Source of the DNA: a virus
Length of the DNA: 61,570 nt
Reading direction: 5' to 3' (one strand)
IMG/VR virus record: IMGVR_UViG_3300023223_000518
Location: 1 to 61,570 of that record
Shown here: positions 16,828 through 26,681 of the stretch, piece by piece
How positions within the stretch are numbered: the first letter of the stretch is position 1
Layout of the letters: each line of letters opens with the position of its first letter
Position numbers and translations under genes: made by a program
The notes under the pieces: model-generated
The model's input: the letters and a program-made list of their open reading frames with translations, nothing else
The model's database searches: none
Told to the model about the DNA's origin: nothing

Positions 16828-19800
16828 TGGCGCGTGTCATTCACGAACTCGCTGCGCTGATCACGAGCAACCCGGATCGTTTCGTGCGCGGACTCGATCG
16901 CGCGATTCTCAAGACGAAGGAACTTGGTCGGCAATGGGCCACGGTCGCTCGCGGCATCGGCACTGCCGCCACTCGGATCACTGTTGCCGTAACGGCCGTT
17001 TCCGCACTATCGATCAAGCGCTTCGCTGAACTTGAGCGGACGATGACGAAGGTCGGAGCGGTTACGAATACGCTCCGCACAAAGCATTTCGCACAGTTGG
17101 AAACGGCCGCGCTCAAGATGGGAGCGACTACGGAGTTCACCGCGAACCAAGCCGCGCAAGCGATGGAGCAATTGGGGCTCGCCGGATTCAACACGACAGA
17201 GATCATCTCAGCGCTTCCGGGCACTCTGCAATTGGCGACGGCCGCACAGATCGGCATTGCGGATTCGGCGAGCATCGCAGCGAAGACGATGAAAGCGTTT
17301 GGATTCGAGGCAGGCGATCTCGGGCGGATCAACGATACACTCGTCGCCACCTTCACACGATCGAATACCAATATCCTCCAACTGGCGGAGGCATTAAAAC
17401 CAGTCGGACCTGTCGCGCGCGCTGTGGGCGTTTCGCTGGAAGACACATCGGCGATTCTCGCGAAGATGGCCGACGCCGGATTCCAAGGATCTTTGGGCGG
17501 AACCGCGTTGCGAAATGCGTTCATTCGGCTCGCCGCTCCATCGTCGAGAGCAGCGAAGATTCTGCGTGATCTCGGCGTCAAAGCAATCGATCCGTTATTT
17601 ACGAAACTCCGCAAGATCAGTAAAGGAATGGAGAATGCGGCGAACGAGAATGTGAAATTGGCGATAGCCGCAGAGTTGTTCGGCACGCGCGGCGGTCCGG
17701 CGATGCTTGCTGTGCTTGCCGCTAACGTCGATGAGTTGGAAAACTTCTCGCAGGGATTGAAGGATGCCGCCGGTATCGCAGAACGCATTCAGAAGGCGCA
17801 GCTGGAAACCTTGATCGGTCAATTCAATCTGCTCAAGTCGGCAGTCGACGCCGTGGCGATCGAAGTCGGGAAGAAACTCGCGCCGACTTTCCAGCGACTT
17901 CAAAAAGGGATGAAGGAATGGATTGATCTGAACGCGGCCGACATCGCGACGCGTATCGCGGGTGCAATGAAATTACTCGCGGAGTTCGCTGTCACCGCCG
18001 CAAAGGGGCTTTCCGAATTGGCACCGACGTTCCTGGAAGTATTCAGAGCAGCATCGGCATTCATGCGGCCGATCACGGAATTTATGCTCGCGCATCCGCA
18101 ACTGATGGGAATGCTGTTAGCACTCAAGATCACCGGGCTACTCGGTGTGACGAATGCGTTTATAGCATTGACCGCTGCAATTTGGTCGACAGTTGCGGCG
18201 ATTCTTACCGGTCTTATTCCAGCGATCAAGGCCGGAGTGATTGCGTCCTTCATGCGATTGATCACCGTTGTTATTCCTCAGTTGATCGGCGTGTTCCTCG
18301 CACTGATCGGCAAAACGTCGCTGTTGAGCGGCAAGATGGTATTGCTCTCTGTGGCGCTGAAAGCGGTCATCGTAATTGGATTGGTTCCCGCGATGATCGC
18401 TATGACGGAAGTTATGGGACTCTTCGGAAAAGAGGCGTCGTCGGCAAAAGAGCAGCTAGAACAATTCGACAAAGTAGCACGCGGCATCGCAAGAGAAGGG
18501 AAGAAGTTCAGAAACCGGTTATTGGGCGATTTTGAAAAAGAAGAAGCCGCCGAACTTGCGCGTGCGAAAGAAGAAGCTGAAAAGAAAAAAGAAGAAGAAG
18601 ATAAAAAGCTACCGCCAAAAGAAAGGATCGCGAACAGACAGGCCAAAGTCGATGCAACGCTGAAACAAATCGACGCCGATATCAAAGCTCAGGAAACAGC
18701 CGGAAGACTGTTAAAGCCGACATTGGCGGATGCACAAAAGGAATCTGACGAAGCGCAGGCCAAGACTCTCGGCGTCGGCGATCGAGCAGTGGGAGCCGTG
18801 ATCGGGTTGGCCGGGCAAGAAACGAGCGGCAAGGTTGCGTTGGACTTAGCAAAAGCGACCACTGAGAAACGGTTGCAGATTGTTTTGGAGATGCAGAACA
18901 GAATTGAAAACAATCTTAAAGACTTGAGAAGAAAGCGCGAGTTTGAAGAAAAGAAGGGCGCTCAGAACGTCAGCGACTTCAAAATAAAACTGATGGATGA
19001 GGAGCAAGCAAAGCAAGACCTTCTCACTAAGGCCGTGGCCGCTCAGAAAAAAGAAGCGGCCGCTAAACTCGCAAGAGAACAGAAGGGCGTTGAGAGCCTG
19101 GTAAGCGGTGCGGAACTGTCCCGATTGGAAGAACGCTTCCCCGGTCTCGGTACTGCGCGCACGGTCGCTGACAAGGGCAGTCGCGATCAGTTGTTCCGAT
19201 TCTTCCAAACCCGGGGCGGGAAAGCCGGCGACAACTTGGCCGCGGCGACGCAAGCGAAAGCGGCAAAGGGTCAAGATCGTGAGGCGATTCTCCGGCGGGC
19301 TCTCGCTGCGATCAAAGCAATTAACGAAGAGCGCGAGAAAGAAAAACAGAAGATTGAACAGACCAAAGCCGCGATGGAGGCCAATAAGGCAACGCTTGAT
19401 GGATTCGCCGATGCCATCCAACGCCTAAGCGAAGAGGGGCAGATCGGGGATGCCTCCGCTAAACGCTTCGCGAAACGTATCGCCGAGCTACGAAAGCAAT
19501 TGGATGCCGGCAAGCTAAACTCGGATGATTTTAAGAATGCGCTCCGCGACTTAAACAACGAGCAGCAGCGCGCGATACAAATGCAAAAAGAGAAGGAAGC
19601 GCAAGAGCGACGGCAACGTATGCTCCGATTGATCCGCGGCAAGGGTTCGCAAAGCGATCGCGAATTCTTGCGAGAACAGCAGCAAGCCGCGCGACTTGCT
19701 CGCTTCGATGCACGGCTTCAGAGTTTGTTCAATAACACGTTCGGCCTGAATCGCACGGTGCAGACGTTGAATAAATCATTCCGCAACGCCGGCAGGCACG

Positions 19801-20270
19801 TCGAGCGATTCGGCCAGCGGATCAATCAGGCCGCTCCAAGTGGCGGAGGCGGGGGCGGAGGCGGTCAAGCGCCGACGATCGAACAGGCATTCGCGAATCT
19901 GTCCCGGTTTCTCGGATCGCGAACCGGCCAGATGATTCAACTTCAAAATCAGATCGCGCTCTTGCAAAACAGCATGGGGCTCGTCGACACGTTCCGCTCC
20001 CGCCGGCGCATCGCAAGACAGATCGACTTCCTGCAGCAGCAGATCGCCCAACTCCGGCGATTGCCTCCACCTCCGTTCGTCGGGTTGTCGGGAGATGGTC
20101 CGTTCTTTGCCGACCCGGGTCTCGTTGGCGGAGCCGGCCGCGGCTTGTCGGGTGGGGCGGTCAACATCGTCATGAACGTGTCGGAGCGTTTGACGCCGGG
20201 CGATGCGGCGAACTTGCTCAACATGATGAATCTGGAAATCCAGCGAACGGGAACACCGAGGGTATTCTGA
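16827..20270 (+). CDS. tail tape measure protein
   Basis: 1147 aa. TP901-like core (MTKVGAVTN...ATTEFTANQAAQAMEQLGLAGF), TM segments, long coiled coil, and a G-run (GGGGGGG). Confidence 0.85.
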   Translation: MARVIHELAALITSNPDRFVRGLDRAILKTKELGRQWATVARGIGTAATRITVAVTAVSALSIKRFAELERTMTKVGAVTNTLRTKHFAQLETAALKMGATTEFTANQAAQAMEQLGLAGFNTTEIISALPGTLQLATAAQIGIADSASIAAKTMKAFGFEAGDLGRINDTLVATFTRSNTNILQLAEALKPVGPVARAVGVSLEDTSAILAKMADAGFQGSLGGTALRNAFIRLAAPSSRAAKILRDLGVKAIDPLFTKLRKISKGMENAANENVKLAIAAELFGTRGGPAMLAVLAANVDELENFSQGLKDAAGIAERIQKAQLETLIGQFNLLKSAVDAVAIEVGKKLAPTFQRLQKGMKEWIDLNAADIATRIAGAMKLLAEFAVTAAKGLSELAPTFLEVFRAASAFMRPITEFMLAHPQLMGMLLALKITGLLGVTNAFIALTAAIWSTVAAILTGLIPAIKAGVIASFMRLITVVIPQLIGVFLALIGKTSLLSGKMVLLSVALKAVIVIGLVPAMIAMTEVMGLFGKEASSAKEQLEQFDKVARGIAREGKKFRNRLLGDFEKEEAAELARAKEEAEKKKEEEDKKLPPKERIANRQAKVDATLKQIDADIKAQETAGRLLKPTLADAQKESDEAQAKTLGVGDRAVGAVIGLAGQETSGKVALDLAKATTEKRLQIVLEMQNRIENNLKDLRRKREFEEKKGAQNVSDFKIKLMDEEQAKQDLLTKAVAAQKKEAAAKLAREQKGVESLVSGAELSRLEERFPGLGTARTVADKGSRDQLFRFFQTRGGKAGDNLAAATQAKAAKGQDREAILRRALAAIKAINEEREKEKQKIEQTKAAMEANKATLDGFADAIQRLSEEGQIGDASAKRFAKRIAELRKQLDAGKLNSDDFKNALRDLNNEQQRAIQMQKEKEAQERRQRMLRLIRGKGSQSDREFLREQQQAARLARFDARLQSLFNNTFGLNRTVQTLNKSFRNAGRHVERFGQRINQAAPSGGGGGGGGQAPTIEQAFANLSRFLGSRTGQMIQLQNQIALLQNSMGLVDTFRSRRRIARQIDFLQQQIAQLRRLPPPPFVGLSGDGPFFADPGLVGGAGRGLSGGAVNIVMNVSERLTPGDAANLLNMMNLEIQRTGTPRVF

Positions 20271-20632
20271 TGGTTGACGTGACTCCGAAATCGAACACTG
20301 ACTCCGGCATGCTGTTTGTCGACGTTGACGGTACGCTTCTAATGTGGCCGGGAAAGGCTGGCAGAGTTCCACGAAAAGGTGAAGAACACTACGGCGAGGT
20401 ACCAAATATCAATCGCGCGATGCTCGAAACGATTTATGAGGCGATGACTGCTGGCAGACAAGTTGTGATCTGGTCGACCGGCGGAACGGACCATGCGAAG
20501 ATGGCGGCGACTTTATGCGGGTTGGTTATCGGTCCCCTTGATGAAGAGGTAACTTGCATCGGCAAGCCGAATGTGTGTTATGACGACGGCGATCCGTGCA
20601 AGAGGGTTGAAGTGAGGCGACCGCCGAAATGA
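20270..20632 (+). CDS. HAD-superfamily phosphatase-like protein
   Basis: FVDVDGTLL is the DxDGT motif I. VIWSTGG, GKP and YDDGD also match. Sits between the tape-measure and tail-tip genes. Confidence 0.45.
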   Translation: MVDVTPKSNTDSGMLFVDVDGTLLMWPGKAGRVPRKGEEHYGEVPNINRAMLETIYEAMTAGRQVVIWSTGGTDHAKMAATLCGLVIGPLDEEVTCIGKPNVCYDDGDPCKRVEVRRPPK

Positions 20633-23600
20633 CGCGACCAATCACAGCCGCGGCCGCGACGGAAGGCGCGAAAGTCACCGGCGCGTTCCCGCGGCTGATT
20701 CTTCAGGTCAACTGGACCGGCACGACGGGTACGAAGTTCTACGCTGAAGAAGCGCTGACATCGCCAGTGATCGCAGAAGGTCGGATTCTCAAGTTCGGGC
20801 AATCGTCGTTGGAAATGCGCGGCGGGCGGATCGATCAGCAAGCGTCGATGCCGATCAAGATTTCTGACGTCGATGGCGTGATCCGCGGATTGATGAACAC
20901 GTCGCCTGGCGTTCAAAGCAAGAACGCTTTTGTGTATCTCTTCTACGAGGGCACGACGTGGCCCGATGATGCGGTCACGATCTTCGGTGGCGTGCTCACG
21001 ACTCCGATGAGTTGGCGGGAAAATGATCCGGCTTGGGACTTGGTGATCCGCGGATTCGAACAACACTTCAATCGCGATCTCGGATTCGTCATGAACCGGA
21101 TCGACTTCCCCGAAGTGGATTGCTCACAATGCGAAGGCGAGATCATCCCGATCGCTTACGGCCGTCCGGTTCGCCGCGTGCCGGCTTGCGTGATCGATCG
21201 ACCCGGTCAAGGTTATCTCATTCAGACGCTCCCGTTCTGTGGATCGAATCAGGAACTCTGCCTAAACGTCACATGCGCGCAAGGCGGATTCGATTGCGGT
21301 CCGACGATCACCGTCATCGTCGGATGGCCGACGTTCTGGGAAGCGATCACGGGGTTTTTCACCGGACCCGACGATAACTGTCTGACGATCACCGGCCGCG
21401 GTTCCGTTCTCGCTGCCGGAAACATCGTTGGGTTCTTCGGCTCCGGTGGAATCCAATACATCATGATCGAAGGGTCGGACCTGCCCGACTACACCGAACC
21501 GCCTCCGGATGCAGAGAGTCGGGTAGGCCATCCGATCTGCTTTCAGGAGCAAGACGGCAGCTTCAAGATGCTGATGGTATCTATGTGGACGTTCCGCGGA
21601 GACAACATCGTCGTGATCGAGAAGGGCGATCTCGACGTCGTGACCGGCTCCGGGTGGAAGATAGGACGCTGGCCGGGAATCGTTCCGCATTGGCCACCGG
21701 GTACACCAGTCGGCGAGAAAGGCGACTGGACTTATGCCATCAACTTTTACCCGATCGAATCGGTCGAGCGAGTCGAAGCGCGCGCCAGCGTCCAGCAACC
21801 CGGCGGCGGTAGCGGTTACGTTTGGGCGCAATACAATCGGTCGTTTTACAGCGTCAACGTCGACGACAAATCATTCAACGGCGTTCTTGGACGGGGAGCG
21901 CTCGAGCCCGGCATCGCAACGGTCACAACCGCGTTCGCGCCGACGCAAGCGGGATTCGAAGAAGAAAACGTATGGGTCACGATGAACGGCATCAACGAAG
22001 TCGTTGGCGGGCCGGCGATCGAAAACCCGGCGATGGTCATGCTCGACATCATCACGAAGAAATATCTTGGCGGGATTCTTCCGCCGTTCGTTCGCGACTC
22101 ATCGTTCTTGACGGCCGCGCTTGAGATTCCAACCCGCTTCGCGTTCGCCCTATTGGAGCGGACGGAATTACACAACGTCATTTCCGATCTCGCGACGCAA
22201 GCCACGCTGATCTATTTTTGGGATCAGGGCAAAGCGCAGGTCAAGAAACTGGAGATCGTCCTCGAGGTCGCAGACTCCGTCATTACGATCACGGAATCGA
22301 ATCGTGAGATGGGTTCGTTCGTGATGGAAGAAATCGATGTAAAACAATTCACGACGGAGATGGAGGGGCGTTTCAAGCTGGCGATTCCTTCCCCTCAAAT
22401 CAAGCTGGCCCGCAAGTCGTCAGACGCGATCATCGCGTACGGGAATAAGCGCGACGAACTGGATCTTTGGGCGTATCAGGCTGCGTCGTCCGTAGCGTTC
22501 GTTACCGAATTCTATCTCTCATTCCGGCTTCACAATAATCGGACGCTGAAGTGTACGACGTTCCTGAACGGACTCCAGTTGCAGCCGGGCGATACGATCA
22601 CGTGGGATATAAAAGACGGCGAGTCGAATCAGATCATCAATGTACTCGGTCGAGTCCGGAGCGTGAGTCATCACCCGGGCAACCCGGAACGCGGCGAGAT
22701 GGAGCGGATCGATCTCAGTGCGGACGTCCGGCTCTTTTCATTCCAGATTCAAGTCAACGTACCGGCAGACGACACGTGCGATCAAGTCGCCGGCTTGTTC
22801 TTCGGCTCGGCAGGGCCGAACTTTCAGAAGCTGTATGTACGGAGCGACGGCGTCCACACAATGTACGTTCTCGCCCCCGGTTTCGCGGAGATCGCCGGCG
22901 GTGGTTCGAATCTCAATAATCCAGTGGAGACAGAGACGGACGGCAACGCCCCCGGATTCCCACCGGCGTTTCCCGTTGTGCCATTCCCACCGCGGCCGCT
23001 TCCGCCGATCGATCCCGATCCGCCGTTTGATTCCGGATCGTTCTCGGTAGGCTCTGATTTCGAACCGCCGTCGCTTTCAGCGTCGATCTCACCGCCACCG
23101 CCTTTATTCTCAAGCACGTTGACGACGACGCGGAGTCTGACCGATACCGGCACCCCTCCATGCGATTGCGGGCTCGACACATTCACCGATGTTGACGATC
23201 GCAATCTATGCGGGGCCGGCGCTGGATTCGGGAATCCGCATCAACCGGAAGTAGGAACGTGGTGTTGTGAATGCGATTGGGCATCCGGCTCAGCGGGGTG
23301 TGGCACTCCCGGAAAGATCAATAGTCAATTCACGATCTTCCAGAATCGAGCGCGTCTCAATTGCGGCCGCGGAATCGAGTTGATGGGTTGCGGCAGTTCG
23401 GACGTGACTGTCAGCCTCAATGTCTGTATGCCGATCGAGGGTTCCGATCCGTTTGAGGGGACTGCGATCGGCGGCGTCGCGTTCCGGATGTCAGGTTGCG
23501 GTGAGGCATTGACGGGCTGGGGAGCGTTGCTGATCAGCGACGGCCGAAACTCATTTCGGCTGTACCGCTTCAACGCCGATGGTACATGGACTGAGATCGC

Positions 23601-24072
23601 CCGTTGTTCGATGCCGGTTGAGAATGGATCGTGTTATGAGGTAACCGTTGTCGCGTGCGGATCATCGATCTACGCAACGGCGCGCGGCCCATCGGGCGGT
23701 TGTGAATTGATCGTCGACGACGACTTCAACATCAACGCATCCAAGCATGGAATGATGGGCATTCAAGACGGCGATCCGAATACCGACTGGACCCGGATGT
23801 CGTTCGATGATTTCTGCATAACGAAGTCTTGCGAGTCCGGAACAGCCTCGATCTCGCCTTCAGAATTTAGCGCGAATACGCTCACCGATTCGATCAGTTT
23901 CGGTAGCGGATCGGAGGGCGGTTGCGGCACATGTCAATTCACCTGGAACGGCGTGAATTGGATTCCGTCTGCTTTCGCGTGTTGTCCGTTGTGGGATTGC
24001 AGCGAGCCGTTTGGCGATGGGGATTTCATCGGTGAAATTCGGGTCGTGCCATGCACGATCGAACCAATTTGA
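20629..24072 (+). CDS. tail tip / host-specificity protein
   Basis: 1147 aa, directly after the tape measure. Pro-rich linker (PGFPPAFPVVPFPPRPLPPIDPDPP), followed by a Cys-rich, lectin-like C-terminal region. Confidence 0.7.
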   Translation: MTRPITAAAATEGAKVTGAFPRLILQVNWTGTTGTKFYAEEALTSPVIAEGRILKFGQSSLEMRGGRIDQQASMPIKISDVDGVIRGLMNTSPGVQSKNAFVYLFYEGTTWPDDAVTIFGGVLTTPMSWRENDPAWDLVIRGFEQHFNRDLGFVMNRIDFPEVDCSQCEGEIIPIAYGRPVRRVPACVIDRPGQGYLIQTLPFCGSNQELCLNVTCAQGGFDCGPTITVIVGWPTFWEAITGFFTGPDDNCLTITGRGSVLAAGNIVGFFGSGGIQYIMIEGSDLPDYTEPPPDAESRVGHPICFQEQDGSFKMLMVSMWTFRGDNIVVIEKGDLDVVTGSGWKIGRWPGIVPHWPPGTPVGEKGDWTYAINFYPIESVERVEARASVQQPGGGSGYVWAQYNRSFYSVNVDDKSFNGVLGRGALEPGIATVTTAFAPTQAGFEEENVWVTMNGINEVVGGPAIENPAMVMLDIITKKYLGGILPPFVRDSSFLTAALEIPTRFAFALLERTELHNVISDLATQATLIYFWDQGKAQVKKLEIVLEVADSVITITESNREMGSFVMEEIDVKQFTTEMEGRFKLAIPSPQIKLARKSSDAIIAYGNKRDELDLWAYQAASSVAFVTEFYLSFRLHNNRTLKCTTFLNGLQLQPGDTITWDIKDGESNQIINVLGRVRSVSHHPGNPERGEMERIDLSADVRLFSFQIQVNVPADDTCDQVAGLFFGSAGPNFQKLYVRSDGVHTMYVLAPGFAEIAGGGSNLNNPVETETDGNAPGFPPAFPVVPFPPRPLPPIDPDPPFDSGSFSVGSDFEPPSLSASISPPPPLFSSTLTTTRSLTDTGTPPCDCGLDTFTDVDDRNLCGAGAGFGNPHQPEVGTWCCECDWASGSAGCGTPGKINSQFTIFQNRARLNCGRGIELMGCGSSDVTVSLNVCMPIEGSDPFEGTAIGGVAFRMSGCGEALTGWGALLISDGRNSFRLYRFNADGTWTEIARCSMPVENGSCYEVTVVACGSSIYATARGPSGGCELIVDDDFNINASKHGMMGIQDGDPNTDWTRMSFDDFCITKSCESGTASISPSEFSANTLTDSISFGSGSEGGCGTCQFTWNGVNWIPSAFACCPLWDCSEPFGDGDFIGEIRVVPCTIEPI

Positions 24073-24079
24073 GATCGAC

Positions 24080-24517
24080 ATGTTTAATTGCGAATGTGAA
24101 TCGCCCGGCAAGTGCCCGGTGTGGCGAAAAGAAATGGGTCCGGAGTTGCACTCGATTTGCCGCGGCGATCCGGATGCCCCGATTCATGAATCTGTCACTC
24201 GAGAGACATACCTTGATGCATGGATTCGAGAACTCGCGGATCAAGACCCGCCGTCATTGTACGCATCCGCGCGCCCATTCATGATCGCGCACAGAAACCA
24301 CATTGCGGCCGGCTCCCCTGAAGCGCCGGCGGCGATTGCTGCCGAGCGGCTGGCATTGTGCGAAGAATGCGACTTGCTCGATCCGAAGACTCTGCGATGC
24401 CGATCATGCGGCTGTTACGTCGAGAGGAAAACGAAATGGGCCGATGCCGAATGCCCGCTACCGGAGCCGGCGAAACGCTGGCGAGCATTGTCAATTATCC
24501 CGCAAATTATCCCGTAA
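24080..24517 (+). CDS. Cys-rich hypothetical protein (145 aa)
   Basis: GAGATCGAC (24071-24079) abuts the ATG. Contains CECESPGKC and CEEC...CRSCGC...CP. Confidence 0.5.
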   Translation: MFNCECESPGKCPVWRKEMGPELHSICRGDPDAPIHESVTRETYLDAWIRELADQDPPSLYASARPFMIAHRNHIAAGSPEAPAAIAAERLALCEECDLLDPKTLRCRSCGCYVERKTKWADAECPLPEPAKRWRALSIIPQIIP

Positions 24518-24554
24518 ATTATCGGCAAGCATGGCAAGATAGGAAAGCCGACGG

Positions 24555-25616
24555 ATGAACGATCTGGATATACCCGGAATTACAATCCGCCAAGCCCCGA
24601 ATCTGCTGATCGGAAAGCCGCTCTTCGCGGAGGGCCGACAGGAAGGTGTGACCGCGATTGATCCGGCGCATCCGCCGCCGGCGTCTCAGAGCGGCTCTCA
24701 GAGCCGCGAGTGCTGTAACAAATCTGTAACAAACGAGCCGGAAATTCGGTCGGACGGGATCATCCCCGGATTCTGGCACCCATCGCAGCATCGATCGAAG
24801 GGTTGGCTCGCGAATGGACGTGACGAGCCGGCGGATTGCCTGCATGGCACGTTCCGCAATCGTGCGTGTTTCTTGATCGGTGGCGGTCCATCGCTGAAGA
24901 CTCAAGACCTTTCGATCCTCGATCGACGCGGCGTGATGATGGCGGCGATGAACGCGGTTGCAGGCAATCCGGAAATACGCATCCGTCCGCATCTCTGGTT
25001 TAGCGTCGATCAACTGTCGAACTTTCATCCATCAATCTTCAGCGATCCGGCGGTCATGAAGTTCATCCGGCATTCGTGGCGGGTGAAGCCGACGCGACGA
25101 GCGGATCGAGACGATGAACTGAAGCGCGGCGGTCCGCAAGCGCGAAAGCATCCACGCTGTTACTTCTACGATTACAAATTCGATTCGTTCACGGGCTCGA
25201 ATTTCCTCACGCGGCCGAAACCTCCGTGGGGTTATGAATGGAGCCGTGGTCGCGGTGACAGGAACAAGACCCGCTCTGTGATGTTCTCAGCGATCTATAT
25301 TCTCTATTGGCTGGGCTTCCGCACGATCTTTTTGCTCGGCGTCGATCTCAAGATGAAGCCGGGAAAAGAATACGCGTGGAACGCCGGCATCAAAAGCGGG
25401 TCCGGATATTCCGCCGGGAACAATCTCTCGTTCGATGGACTGTTGCGGTTCTTCGCAAAGACGAAATTGCACTTCGAAGATTCCGGATTGCGGATTCACA
25501 ACTGTTCGGCGGCGAGCCGCTTGACGCTCTACCCGCGGATCGCTTTGCGCGATGCTGTCGAGTACATGGCGGAGCGATCACCGGAGCCGACTCGCGTGAA
25601 GGGGCTCTATTCTTAG
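24555..25616 (+). CDS. DUF115 (MptE/Maf-like) putative glycosyltransferase
   Basis: Contains FLIGGGPSLKTQDL and SVMFSAIYILYWLGFRTIFLLGVDL. Confidence 0.55.
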   Translation: MNDLDIPGITIRQAPNLLIGKPLFAEGRQEGVTAIDPAHPPPASQSGSQSRECCNKSVTNEPEIRSDGIIPGFWHPSQHRSKGWLANGRDEPADCLHGTFRNRACFLIGGGPSLKTQDLSILDRRGVMMAAMNAVAGNPEIRIRPHLWFSVDQLSNFHPSIFSDPAVMKFIRHSWRVKPTRRADRDDELKRGGPQARKHPRCYFYDYKFDSFTGSNFLTRPKPPWGYEWSRGRGDRNKTRSVMFSAIYILYWLGFRTIFLLGVDLKMKPGKEYAWNAGIKSGSGYSAGNNLSFDGLLRFFAKTKLHFEDSGLRIHNCSAASRLTLYPRIALRDAVEYMAERSPEPTRVKGLYS

Positions 25617-25755
25617 ATCGCGGTTTACAATCAAGGCGATATCGCATAAAGTGCTTCGCGCCGGATCAGCGGATGGGCCCAGCGTTGCTTGGCGAACCAT
25701 TCATGGATGGTAAGCGGCCTCAGGGTCATCCGTTGACCGGCTTTCGAGATCGACG

Positions 25756-26496
25756 ATGACCGGAATTAGCATCATCACATGCACGAGCGATCGGCCCGAA
25801 GCGTTCGCGCTTTGCGAACGATGGATGTCCCAGCAGACGGAAGTATTGGACGCGGCGCTGTTCCACTGGAGTTCGAAGTTCGGCGTCGAGTGGATCGTCT
25901 CCGATGATGGGCGCGAGCCGGCGAATTGCACGATGGGGCAAATCCATTTGCGCCATCACCCGCAATCGCAGCCGGCGAACTCGTTCAGACGAAATCTGAT
26001 CGCCGGCTTGAATGCCGCGACGATGCCAGTGATCGCCTTTATTGAAGATGACGACTGGTACGCTCCGGATTATCTGTGGGCTGCACACGAGACGATCACC
26101 ACGGGCGATCGGATAATCTGGGGCGAGAACGTCGCGCGCTATTACAACGTTCGCCAACGGATGCACTCGGCATTCCATCAAGAGCATCGCGCCTCGTTGT
26201 GTCAGACGGTCATGCGGAGTGAGCTCCGAAGCGTGATAGTCGATCACTTTAAGAGACATCCTGATTCGTTCCACGTTGACTTTGCGCTGTGGACTCACGT
26301 GCGGCGAAAGTTGCGCGGCAAAGCGTTCCTGACTTCGCAGTGTCGATCGGTCGGAATTAAAGGGATGCCCGGCAAACGGAATCTGGGGGTCGGCCGCGAC
26401 ATGCATCAATGCGGAGGAAAGCCCGATCCGCGGCTGAAGATTCTGGAAACGTGGATCGGGGACGACGTCGAAGCATATGAAGGATTCGGACGATGA
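25756..26496 (+). CDS. glycosyltransferase family 2-like
   Basis: Contains ISIITCTSDRPE and FIEDDDWY (DxD). GAGATCGAC (25746-25754) lies 1 nt upstream of the ATG. Confidence 0.55.
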   Translation: MTGISIITCTSDRPEAFALCERWMSQQTEVLDAALFHWSSKFGVEWIVSDDGREPANCTMGQIHLRHHPQSQPANSFRRNLIAGLNAATMPVIAFIEDDDWYAPDYLWAAHETITTGDRIIWGENVARYYNVRQRMHSAFHQEHRASLCQTVMRSELRSVIVDHFKRHPDSFHVDFALWTHVRRKLRGKAFLTSQCRSVGIKGMPGKRNLGVGRDMHQCGGKPDPRLKILETWIGDDVEAYEGFGR

Positions 26497-26681
26497 AAGA
26501 ATGCGACGATAATCAGACAGCGCGGCATCATGTCAACGCATCGGCTGTCAGATTGCAAGAGGCGATTGAACATCTTGCGCGCATCGTAGTTGATCGATGT
26601 GAAGACAGCGAAGACTACAACGCCGACGCAGCTCGGCAAATTCTCAATCTGATGATCGAAGCAAGGAACATCACATTGTGA
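26493..26681 (+). CDS. hypothetical protein (62 aa)
   Basis: ATGA-coupled. Acidic and helical. Confidence 0.4.
   Translation: MKECDDNQTARHHVNASAVRLQEAIEHLARIVVDRCEDSEDYNADAARQILNLMIEARNITL

Noticed and set aside
22903-22912. GGTTCGAATC T-loop-like sequence, and a general search for tRNA genes.
   Set aside because: The flanks do not form a T-arm or an acceptor stem, and it lies inside the tail-tip ORF. No convincing tRNA, tmRNA or rRNA was seen anywhere.
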